The notes: generated by a model from the letters alone, not told the origin. DNA of 32,000 nucleotides from Candidatus Saccharimonadota bacterium (GCA_001790095.1 MGBH01000001.1:630001-662000); one strand, 5' to 3'; counted from the first letter of the stretch, positions 9,806 to 18,133 are shown. Numbers and translations are program-made.

Positions 9806-11491
9806 ATGAAACTAAAAAAGTTAATTATTGATCATTTTAGGTCAATTGAGCATATAGAGATAGACTTTCCTATTGGAGTCCCACTAATCTTGTTTGGTCC
9901 TAATAATACAGGTAAATCTAACATCCTTCAGGGAATTGAAAATATACTTGGTGAAAAATATGCAAACTACATTGAGTTCGAAGATAATGATTATTTTTTG
10001 AGGCAAAATAAATTGTATCCAAATATTTCATTTAAAGCCATATTTGATGGGAATATTAAAAGTTCATATCCAGAATCATCAACGATCTGCTTTACGACAA
10101 ATCATAAGTTTAGACACTATAAAACAAAGGAGAATTTAATAGAAAACACATTTCATTATGAAGATGGGGGTCAAATGTTTTTAAAAAATGAAGAAAGAGA
10201 ACAATGTCAGTTTATTCTTATCAACGCGTCTCGTGATATTAATCGACAATTTAGTTATTTTAGTCAGTACAGTGTCCTTAGTAGATTGACTAAGAAAATG
10301 CATGGCGTATTAGTTGAAAAAACAAAAATAAAACTTGACGAACATTTTAAGAGTATAAAATCAACATTTGAATTGGTACCCGAATATAAAAACTTTCTTA
10401 ATAAACTGCAATCATCATTTAAAAGTAATGCAAATGGTTTTGAACATAAATTAGATATAGATCTTTCTGCATATGATCCGAACAATTACTTTCATTCACT
10501 GAGAATAATTGCAAAAGAAGGTGAAGCGGTAAGATCATTTTCAGAACTTGGAACAGGTGAACAGCAAATTTTGCTGATTTCATTTATCAAAGCATATGCA
10601 GAAACATTTAAAGGTGAACATTTTATTCTTGGTATTGAGGAGCCAGAAGCACATTTACACCCCTTAGCGCAACGGTGGTTAGCAAAGAATATTGAAAATA
10701 TTTGTGAAAATGGGGCTCAGGTAATTATCACTACCCACTCACCTGAATTTCTCAACATTGAAAATTTGTCAGGTTTTGTAAAAGTCTATAAAGAAAATAA
10801 TCTTACTAAGATTCTTCAGCACTCACCAAAGTCATTGGTAGAATCTTGCGTAAATTTAGGCGCTAATTCAGATAAAACAAGTGAAAAGACAATTCTCCGC
10901 TATTATAGAAGTAATACCTTTTATGAACAGTTAAGAGGATTTTTTGCTAAAAAAATTATTTTAGTTGAAGGCCCAACTGAACTTTTTTCATTACAAAATT
11001 ATTTTACAAATTGTGGTTATGATTTAGTAAAAAATGGCGTTGAGATAATTGATTGTAAAGGAAAAAGTCAAATCGCCAGAAATTATAGGTTGTTTTTTTC
11101 TTACGGATATACATGTTTTTGCCTATTTGATGCAGATGAAAGTGACAGTGAGAAAAAAAGAGCAAATAAAGAATTAGCGGAAATTTTTAAATTTGATCCA
11201 GAAAATCTGACAATTGATAAAGAAAAATTTGTTACAACTAAGGGCCAAGCATATGGGTATTTTGGAAAGGATTATGAAAATTATCTAAGGGCTAATTTAA
11301 ATGAATATTCAGAAAAAGAGAAACAGATTGAAGGTGAAAAAGTGCTAATTGCAAAAATTATTTCTGAGGAAAATGTAAATTATAAACCTCAATTTATTAA
11401 TAATATTGCTGAATATTTAGAGCTAGAATTACGTGTTTTAGATAATGCACCTATTGCAGATCAAAAACCATCGGATAATATTCCTTTTTAA
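9806..11491 (+). CDS. OLD-family nuclease (ABC-type ATPase plus Toprim)
   Basis: Walker A FGPNNTGKSN, signature-like LGTGEQ, Walker B ILGIEEPEAHLHP and H-loop TTHSPEF. The C-terminal Toprim has ILVEGPTE and FDADESD. It starts 5 nt after the methylase stop. Confidence 0.8.
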   Translation: MKLKKLIIDHFRSIEHIEIDFPIGVPLILFGPNNTGKSNILQGIENILGEKYANYIEFEDNDYFLRQNKLYPNISFKAIFDGNIKSSYPESSTICFTTNHKFRHYKTKENLIENTFHYEDGGQMFLKNEEREQCQFILINASRDINRQFSYFSQYSVLSRLTKKMHGVLVEKTKIKLDEHFKSIKSTFELVPEYKNFLNKLQSSFKSNANGFEHKLDIDLSAYDPNNYFHSLRIIAKEGEAVRSFSELGTGEQQILLISFIKAYAETFKGEHFILGIEEPEAHLHPLAQRWLAKNIENICENGAQVIITTHSPEFLNIENLSGFVKVYKENNLTKILQHSPKSLVESCVNLGANSDKTSEKTILRYYRSNTFYEQLRGFFAKKIILVEGPTELFSLQNYFTNCGYDLVKNGVEIIDCKGKSQIARNYRLFFSYGYTCFCLFDADESDSEKKRANKELAEIFKFDPENLTIDKEKFVTTKGQAYGYFGKDYENYLRANLNEYSEKEKQIEGEKVLIAKIISEENVNYKPQFINNIAEYLELELRVLDNAPIADQKPSDNIPF

Positions 11492-11494
11492 ACT

Positions 11495-12247
11495 ATGTCT
11501 CAATATTACAATCCAAATCGAAAACGAAATTTATATAACAGTCAAGAACCTTTTCGGTTAAGTCGTTCTAAAATCGACTTATTTATTAAGTGTCCTCGCT
11601 GCTTTTATTTAGATCGTAAGCTTGGAGTTGGTCAGCCACCTGGATATCCCTTTTCTCTTAATTCAGCAGTCGACAAACTTCTTAAAAAAGAATTTGATAT
11701 TCATCGTGCGAACAACACATCACATCCTCTCATGAGGGAATATGGTATCGATGCAGTGCCCTTGGCTCATACTAAGATGGATGAATGGCGTGATTCTCTC
11801 AGAAGAGGGATAACGGCAAAAATTGATGGAAGCAATGTCGTGGTAACAGGTGGAGTTGATGACGTATGGGTAAATCCACAAGGTGAATACCATATTGTCG
11901 ACTATAAAGCGACTTCCAAAGATGCTGAAGTCACACTTGATGCTGAGTGGCAAGATGGATACAAACGACAGATGGAAGTATATCAGTGGTTATTTCGAAA
12001 GAACGGCTACAAAGTCTCTTCAATAGGCTATTTCGTATATTGTAATGGCGATACTGATAAAGAAGCGTTTGACGGTAGGTTGGAGTTCAAAATAAAGATT
12101 ATTCCATATACTGGCGATGATTCATGGGTAGAAAAGACAGTTTTATCTGCAACTGAATGTTTAAATAATAGTAGTCTTCCCGATTCCGGCGCTGATTGTG
12201 ATTTTTGTAAATATCGACAAGCTGCTAAACAATTTGAAAATATATGA
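11495..12247 (+). CDS. Cas4/RecB-like PD-(D/E)XK nuclease with a Cys cluster
   Basis: 250 aa. N-terminal CPRCFY, core GGVDDVW...HIVDYKATSK, QMEVYQWLF (QxxxY) and C-terminal CDFCKY match the Cas4-type layout of one N-terminal plus C-terminal cysteines. It starts 3 nt after the OLD stop. Confidence 0.7.
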   Translation: MSQYYNPNRKRNLYNSQEPFRLSRSKIDLFIKCPRCFYLDRKLGVGQPPGYPFSLNSAVDKLLKKEFDIHRANNTSHPLMREYGIDAVPLAHTKMDEWRDSLRRGITAKIDGSNVVVTGGVDDVWVNPQGEYHIVDYKATSKDAEVTLDAEWQDGYKRQMEVYQWLFRKNGYKVSSIGYFVYCNGDTDKEAFDGRLEFKIKIIPYTGDDSWVEKTVLSATECLNNSSLPDSGADCDFCKYRQAAKQFENI

Positions 12248-12894
12248 ATACTAGATTTTGTCAAAAATGCAAGTCAGAAAAAAATATTGATAGTTCAAAT
12301 CGATCAGATAACCAAGCTATAAGCATTCTCTCTTGTGGACATAAGTTTATTGAAATTAGTCTACAGGATACTATTAAGTTGGGAGAAGAAATACAACTCA
12401 AAAAGAAGGGTGAAACAATTGAGAAATATAGAAAAGGAGATAAACCACCAAATATAAATTACACCTGTAAATTTATTGAGTATGGTGATATAGATTATGA
12501 AGCGGCTTCTGTTCTTTTTAATATCCAAAATCGTGATTACGATTTTATGAATCAAGCTGCGTTTCTTTGTGCTCAAGCTATTGAAAAATATCTAAAGGCA
12601 TTTCTTATTTTCAAGTCGCCACAACATTATCCTAATTTGTCTCATCCCAAAATACTAATTGAGTTTAAAAAATTAAGCCACAATCTTATAAAAATACTTA
12701 ATGAATGTATTAAGGATGATATTGATCTAAGTAAGTTTAAATCGCAAATAAAAAATATAATTAAATTTTCTTTATTGAAATATCCAGATGTTGAAGATGA
12801 GATGATTTATTCGAGTGAGGGTCTATCTATAAGCAGTGAAATTCTAAGAGACGTGAAACAAATCGGTGATTTCATAAAAGGTAAAATCGTATAA
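12244..12894 (+). CDS. Zn-ribbon plus HEPN-like domain protein
   Basis: N-terminal CQKC...CGH. The C-terminal AAFLCAQAIEKYLKAFLIF...KLSHNLIKIL resembles the classic HEPN (PF05168-like) helices, but the canonical R of Rx4-6H is not clear. ATGA overlap with the Cas4-like gene. Confidence 0.5.
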   Translation: MNTRFCQKCKSEKNIDSSNRSDNQAISILSCGHKFIEISLQDTIKLGEEIQLKKKGETIEKYRKGDKPPNINYTCKFIEYGDIDYEAASVLFNIQNRDYDFMNQAAFLCAQAIEKYLKAFLIFKSPQHYPNLSHPKILIEFKKLSHNLIKILNECIKDDIDLSKFKSQIKNIIKFSLLKYPDVEDEMIYSSEGLSISSEILRDVKQIGDFIKGKIV

Positions 12895-12910
12895 CAATAC
12901 CAATTGTTAA

Positions 12911-12916
12911 TAGAAT
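12911..12916 (+). promoter_or_regulatory. -10 box TAGAAT, internal island promoter
   Basis: ATG 12923 is 6 nt downstream. Confidence 0.4.
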
Positions 12917-12922
12917 TTAAAT

Positions 12923-13939
12923 ATGTTTAATAAGATTCAGAGGTGGAAATGGAACTTTAACAGAGTAGTGGTTCTATTTGATTTATGCTATTTTATTCTC
13001 TTCAATATCATTAATATCTCGGAACCAATCAAGTATATATCTGCACTCATTCTTGTAATATTGAATGCGATTTTTCTGTTTACAAAAACAAAAAAGTTCA
13101 GCCTATTTAAATCATTGAGACTTTTATTTCGGATTAATGTCCCAATTTGGGTTGTTGTGATTTTTCTTACTTACTCCAAATATCAGTCGTTGCCATTTCA
13201 AATTATTGCCTTTGCTCTTGTATTTATAAGTTTTACCTCGATATTTACCTTCATTCTTTTGGTTATAAACCGGATCATTGAAGCTAGAAAGTTAAGATTG
13301 GCTATCTTTTTTTTAATTCTTTTTATCGTTCTTTGCTTTACCATCTCAACTCTCACCTATCAACGCTTAGTAAATGAAGGATCTGTAATTGCCGATAAAC
13401 AATGTTTAAACGTCAATCCACTTATTATTCAAAGGAAAAATAGCTATACCGAAACTATTCGAATCGCTAAGGCTAATGGTAGTGAGGAAGACTATTGGAA
13501 AGAACAAATAAACTACCTTGAAATATCGAAGAAATACATACAAGCACAGCAATCGTGGCTAAAGGAACAAAGTGCATTTATAAATCGTACCGATTACAAA
13601 CTTTTTATTCCTAAAATCATCCAGAAAGCTGGATTACTACAATATCAATCAAGGGAAGCTGATATGAAATCAACTATTGCAGTGACTGAAATGTTTAAGT
13701 CATTAACAGACACAAACAAACAGAAAGAACTCGCTACAACCATACTGAACGAAAAGAAAAAGCAAGAAGCGGCAGAAGCTGAACTTGATAAAATTTGGAA
13801 ATCTAAATCAAACTTTGATATTAGAGTACGCTTTATACGTGTCCCTAAAACACAATGTCCTAAAGAGAATTTAAATATTCCGGAAGTACCTAATATTTTT
13901 GCACCACCAAAACAAATATTCAGGGGACCTTGGTCCTAA
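12923..13939 (+). CDS. integral membrane protein (about 5 TM helices) with a coiled-coil C-terminal domain
   Basis: 338 aa. The first ~150 aa contain five hydrophobic stretches, and the C-terminus is charged and Lys/Glu-rich. It has its own TAGAAT box 6 nt upstream of the ATG. Confidence 0.6.
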   Translation: MFNKIQRWKWNFNRVVVLFDLCYFILFNIINISEPIKYISALILVILNAIFLFTKTKKFSLFKSLRLLFRINVPIWVVVIFLTYSKYQSLPFQIIAFALVFISFTSIFTFILLVINRIIEARKLRLAIFFLILFIVLCFTISTLTYQRLVNEGSVIADKQCLNVNPLIIQRKNSYTETIRIAKANGSEEDYWKEQINYLEISKKYIQAQQSWLKEQSAFINRTDYKLFIPKIIQKAGLLQYQSREADMKSTIAVTEMFKSLTDTNKQKELATTILNEKKKQEAAEAELDKIWKSKSNFDIRVRFIRVPKTQCPKENLNIPEVPNIFAPPKQIFRGPWS

Positions 13940-13969
13940 GTATATTTTTAAACCAATATCTAAAAGTAC

Positions 13970-14581
13970 ATGCGATTAAGTAAAAAGATGGTTGAAAGAG
14001 GAAGGAGAAAAATACAACAGGATTTATTTTTTGGGAGAAAAAGCTTTCGTAAGTTTAAGGAGACAACAAACACTTTTCTTCAAGACTCAAGCCAAATGTG
14101 GGAAAATCTTCCCCAACCGATTACAAAAAAGGATAAGGAGTATCGTGAGGGCGTAGTAGGAATAGCATCGCTTGGATCAGTATTTCTTGCCCGTATTCGA
14201 GAAGCGGAAGCTTATCGAAAATCAATAAAGTTTAGAAACTGTACATATAGAAAATATGTTGATGTAAAGAAAGGATTAACGATCTATGCTTGTAGTTTTT
14301 TTAAAATATCTGAAAATATTAATAAAACAAGTTATTTTTGCATTACAAACAAAAAGTATAAAGGCGGGTTGAAAGCTAAATTAGTAAAAACTGAGATGGA
14401 TATGCCCAAACACAGTATTGAAAGGGGTAGATTTCGCTACTCTCCCCACTCTTTTACTGAATTTAACTTATTCTTATATCCTAAATTCGGAAAGAAATAT
14501 GGATATAAATTTATCGGAAAGAAAAATACAAATTTATATGTTCAATCGTTAACCAATGAAAAACAAACAGAAGGCAAATAA
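13970..14581 (+). CDS. hypothetical basic (Lys/Arg-rich) protein
   Basis: 203-aa ORF co-directional in the island. No motif recognised. Confidence 0.45.
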   Translation: MRLSKKMVERGRRKIQQDLFFGRKSFRKFKETTNTFLQDSSQMWENLPQPITKKDKEYREGVVGIASLGSVFLARIREAEAYRKSIKFRNCTYRKYVDVKKGLTIYACSFFKISENINKTSYFCITNKKYKGGLKAKLVKTEMDMPKHSIERGRFRYSPHSFTEFNLFLYPKFGKKYGYKFIGKKNTNLYVQSLTNEKQTEGK

Positions 14582-14674
14582 GTTGATAGAGGATGCAGCA
14601 TCCCAATGGCTACAAATAGTGTTAATGCACATTAAACACAATAGACTGTCAAAAAAAGATAAAATAATAACTAA

Positions 14675-15181
14675 ATGAACCTAAACCTAAGTGAAATAAT
14701 ACTAAAATCTCTATTTCAGTCTGTCCAGATGATGTGGCCATTTTATTCTTTACTTCTTCTTTTAGTTTTAGGGAAAATTGCACTAATGGTTTATAAACAC
14801 AATCAGCTTAGTAAAGCCGGAATGTTTGAGATAGACAAATTGACAGGAGATGATTTCGAGAAATATTTAGCAATTCTTTTTGAAAAACTCGGATACAAAG
14901 TTCAGATAGTTGGGTCACATAAAGGAGACTATGGAACAGATTTAATCATAGAGAAACAAGGAGTCAGAACTGCTGTCCAAGCAAAATGTTGGCATAATCC
15001 CGTTGGGATCAAATCCATTCAAGAAGTATACGGTTCACTTCACATTTATAACTCAACTAAGGCACTTGTCGTAACAAACAACTATTTTACTCACCAAGCA
15101 AAGCTCCTTGCGGAAACAAATAACGTCGAACTTTGGGATAGGGACTTACTTGCAAAAACCATATTATCAACCACCGTTTAA
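14675..15181 (+). CDS. membrane-anchored Mrr-like restriction endonuclease domain protein
   Basis: N-terminal TM segment WPFYSLLLLLVLGKIALMV, then an Mrr_cat-like core FEKYLAILFEKLGY...GDYGTDLIIEK...AVQAKCW...ALVVTNNYFT. Confidence 0.75.
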   Translation: MNLNLSEIILKSLFQSVQMMWPFYSLLLLLVLGKIALMVYKHNQLSKAGMFEIDKLTGDDFEKYLAILFEKLGYKVQIVGSHKGDYGTDLIIEKQGVRTAVQAKCWHNPVGIKSIQEVYGSLHIYNSTKALVVTNNYFTHQAKLLAETNNVELWDRDLLAKTILSTTV

Positions 15182-15186
15182 TCTAT

Positions 15187-15909
15187 ATGGATATTGAAGA
15201 GGAAATTAGAAAGAAAATGGATGAGTTAGTTAGTCAATCTTCTATACTTGTCGCTTCTCCTGAGACAATTGAAAAGCTAAAAGCAAAAGGTCATCCAATA
15301 AGATCTTCAACAATAACATATAAAGATTATTTAGATGCACTCTTCGATAAACGAAGAAAAATTGCAGATAGTTTAATCAAAACATTACCCCAACTTTCTG
15401 ATTCTATTGCTAATAGTACAATTTCTGCTTTATATGAAGAACTAAAAGAATGTTTTGCATTTGGTATACCTGGTGCAGGAATCACTCTAGCACTTATATT
15501 ATTTGAATTAGCTTGTAAATATAGGTTATTTGAAGAATGGAAAAAGAATGACCCAAACAGTAAGTGGGAGCGCATAGAGGGAATTAAGCTCACTACAGTT
15601 ATTAAGGGGTTAAAGAAACATAAGGTAATATCAGAGGAAGAAAGAAGTAAGTTGGATGAATTTAATGTCGATACAAGAAATTCATACATACACTACAATA
15701 TTCAAAAATTAGTAAAAGATATGGTTATTGGTGAATTACCTTCAATGAATATTGAAACGGGTGAAGTCACTGTGGTTAAAGATGTTAATGCTTCAAAGTA
15801 TCCACATTTATGGTTCTCAGCTAAAAGAGTGCTTGATCAAAAAACTGTTGTTTTAATAGTATCTTTTTGTATCTCATGGGTAAATCGACTACTTTCGACT
15901 GGTAAATAA
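15187..15909 (+). CDS. hypothetical protein with an RNxxxH (HEPN-like, DUF4145-type) motif
   Basis: 240 aa, starting 5 nt after the Mrr gene. The motif DTRNSYIHYN fits the HEPN Rx4H signature. The fold was not verified. Confidence 0.4.
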   Translation: MDIEEEIRKKMDELVSQSSILVASPETIEKLKAKGHPIRSSTITYKDYLDALFDKRRKIADSLIKTLPQLSDSIANSTISALYEELKECFAFGIPGAGITLALILFELACKYRLFEEWKKNDPNSKWERIEGIKLTTVIKGLKKHKVISEEERSKLDEFNVDTRNSYIHYNIQKLVKDMVIGELPSMNIETGEVTVVKDVNASKYPHLWFSAKRVLDQKTVVLIVSFCISWVNRLLSTGK

Positions 15910-15915
15910 ATTGGA

Positions 15916-15921
15916 TATAAT
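15916..15921 (+). promoter_or_regulatory. -10 box TATAAT
   Basis: GTG 15928 is 6 nt downstream. Confidence 0.45.
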
Positions 15922-15927
15922 GTTCTC

Positions 15928-17586
15928 GTGGACTTTCAATACTTGAAAGATAAACAACACTACATTGACCGCTACGATATTTTAACTATCGAGGATTGTC
16001 TCCATCACTATTGTTCAGTACGAGACGGCATGTTAAAAGAAAAAGATAAACAATTTGCCAAATATTCACAAAAAAAGTTTGAGGAAGAGATTAATAAGTG
16101 CCTAAATCTTCTGTTATTCAGTATCAAAGGACAGTGCTATAAAAACAAGGCAAAAACTATACAAGAATGGATGGATAAGGATAGAAAAATGCAGGAGCTA
16201 TATGACAACACGCCTACTCCACAAGATATTAGGTGTAAAGATTGCAAAACTTCAATGACTTACACGGACAAAAACCTACACAATGCTTTTGACCCCAATG
16301 CCCAAATGACATTCATGTTCAAATGTACAAAATGTAACAAGCGACAAGTGGTATATAAGGATGGGTCAGAGTGGAAGTATGATCCACCTAAATGCCCAAA
16401 ATGTAAACACAATTTGAAAACAGACCTAAAATTTAAGGGTGATGTAAGCATATTTACTTCAAAATGCCCGAAGTGCGGATATAAAGATAAACATGAAAGT
16501 GACCATGCCCAATTCCAAAGGGAACAGGAGGCAAAGGAGAAAAAAGATAAAGAGTTACTGGAACGATATAGAAAGGAGTTGTGCTTATCAGATAAAGAAG
16601 GTCAAGAATACATCGAAACAGAAGAGGCGTTTGAAGTTGCTGCAGTGGTACGAGCAGAAGAAAAACAAAAATATGACAGTCCAGTTTACGAGAGATCCCT
16701 TGAGTTGAAGAAAACAAAGATTTCAGACTTGGAAACCATACTTACCAAAACGCTGGAAAAGGAAAAGTATATTAAACTCTCATTGGGAAAACCTGACATG
16801 CACCAATATGTCACTGTTCCCTTTACCCTTCAGGATTCAGATCATAAACGGGAAGATAGAACAAGTGTAAAAGAGCTTGAAAAACTCTTAAAACAAACCC
16901 TAGAAGACACGAACTGGCGACTTATGGGTAATTCCATCTCTTATCGACTCGGGTACCTTGAAGGAACCCTGCGAGGTTATGAGGGAAAAGAAGAAATGAT
17001 GAAGCTTGCAGGACTGAAAGAAGAAACAAAACCTAAGCCAAAGATTGACGAGGTAAAACAACAAAAATATGCCTACAATAACGTAGTGCAACTAGCAAAG
17101 TTATTTGGGGAACATGAAGGTATTGAAGCTATACGCACCCGTCGTCTTGAGAAAGAACCTGATGGGTTCTTCTTAAATGATGGGAAAGTGGGATATACGT
17201 GTGGTATTTGTGGGGAATCTATTTCCGGAGACAATACATGGTGGGATTTGAAAGGAATACGATGTTCAGATTGCCAAAGAAACCTAAAAGCAGGGGTTGT
17301 TCCTCTTGAAATATTCGATGATAATTATGGATATGATGTAGTCGTCAAAAGTTGGCAAATGCAGTCGGATTATAATATTCATCCTTCAACACTCAGAAAG
17401 CTGTGTAGACTAGGAACACTAAAAAGCAGGGAGTTGAAACGTCTTGATGGGGCAGTATACGAAAGATTATTTGTTGTAAATGAGAATGAAGATTTTTTTA
17501 AAGAGCATCCAAAGAAGCCTAAAATGAAAGTGGAAATTACTAATTCGCTTAGCAAGAATCTAAAAAGAAATGAACGAGCATCTTGA
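15928..17586 (+). CDS. multi-zinc-ribbon protein with a charged coiled-coil middle and a possible C-terminal HTH
   Basis: 552 aa, GTG start 6 nt after a TATAAT box. Cys pairs: CKDC...CTKC, CPKC...CPKC and a C-terminal CGIC...CSDC. The segment HPSTLRKLCRLGTLKSRE looks HTH-like. Confidence 0.55.
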   Translation: MDFQYLKDKQHYIDRYDILTIEDCLHHYCSVRDGMLKEKDKQFAKYSQKKFEEEINKCLNLLLFSIKGQCYKNKAKTIQEWMDKDRKMQELYDNTPTPQDIRCKDCKTSMTYTDKNLHNAFDPNAQMTFMFKCTKCNKRQVVYKDGSEWKYDPPKCPKCKHNLKTDLKFKGDVSIFTSKCPKCGYKDKHESDHAQFQREQEAKEKKDKELLERYRKELCLSDKEGQEYIETEEAFEVAAVVRAEEKQKYDSPVYERSLELKKTKISDLETILTKTLEKEKYIKLSLGKPDMHQYVTVPFTLQDSDHKREDRTSVKELEKLLKQTLEDTNWRLMGNSISYRLGYLEGTLRGYEGKEEMMKLAGLKEETKPKPKIDEVKQQKYAYNNVVQLAKLFGEHEGIEAIRTRRLEKEPDGFFLNDGKVGYTCGICGESISGDNTWWDLKGIRCSDCQRNLKAGVVPLEIFDDNYGYDVVVKSWQMQSDYNIHPSTLRKLCRLGTLKSRELKRLDGAVYERLFVVNENEDFFKEHPKKPKMKVEITNSLSKNLKRNERAS

Positions 17587-18133
17587 ACCTATATTTAGAA
17601 TTTTTTTAACTGGACTAGAAGAATCAGAAATCGATTATTGGGTTTACGGAGGCATTGCTGTTGCTGCCCTAGTAGGAAGATTTATAAGAAAAAATGGAAA
17701 TAGAGATGTTGACATTTTTGTAAAAGAAATAGAAATGGATAACGTAAGATCGATATTAGAAAGTAGGTGCTATGACCAAGATCTTATTTGGAATGAGTGT
17801 CGTCCATTTAAAAAAGATGGATTTTCGAGGCGAAAGTTAGAAGTTAGGAGAGGTCGAGATGAACTTCTTTCTATTGTTCCAGTTTTTTTAACAACCAGTG
17901 AGGCAATATTAGTATTTAGAAATGGTGCAAAAAAATACTCCAAAGATATTCTTAAAAGAGTTGAGAGAAAAATTTCTGGTAATGTATTTTACACATCTTC
18001 TGATACGTTTATAAGAAAGATTTTTAAGGATACTTTTCGAGGAAAAAGAAACTGGAGGAAAAGAAGTGAAATTATGGAAGACGCAAAAACAGCCCTAACT
18101 CCTGAAGAGTTTAGACAATATTTTCAGCAATAG
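17570..18133 (+). CDS. nucleotidyltransferase-fold protein (Lnu / ANT(2'')-like GG...DxD pattern)
   Basis: 187 aa. DYWVYGGIAVAALVGRFIRKNGNRDVDIFV matches the NTase G[GS]-x9-13-DxD pattern. It overlaps the upstream gene by 17 nt. Confidence 0.5.
   Translation: MNEHLEPIFRIFLTGLEESEIDYWVYGGIAVAALVGRFIRKNGNRDVDIFVKEIEMDNVRSILESRCYDQDLIWNECRPFKKDGFSRRKLEVRRGRDELLSIVPVFLTTSEAILVFRNGAKKYSKDILKRVERKISGNVFYTSSDTFIRKIFKDTFRGKRNWRKRSEIMEDAKTALTPEEFRQYFQQ

Noticed and set aside
3184-12894. Calling the operon DISARM, BREX, Gabija or a type I R-M system.
   Set aside because: Core genes are missing in each case: DrmA/DrmB for DISARM; PglZ, BrxC and BrxL for BREX; GajB for Gabija; HsdS and HsdR for type I. 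Only partial resemblance remains.
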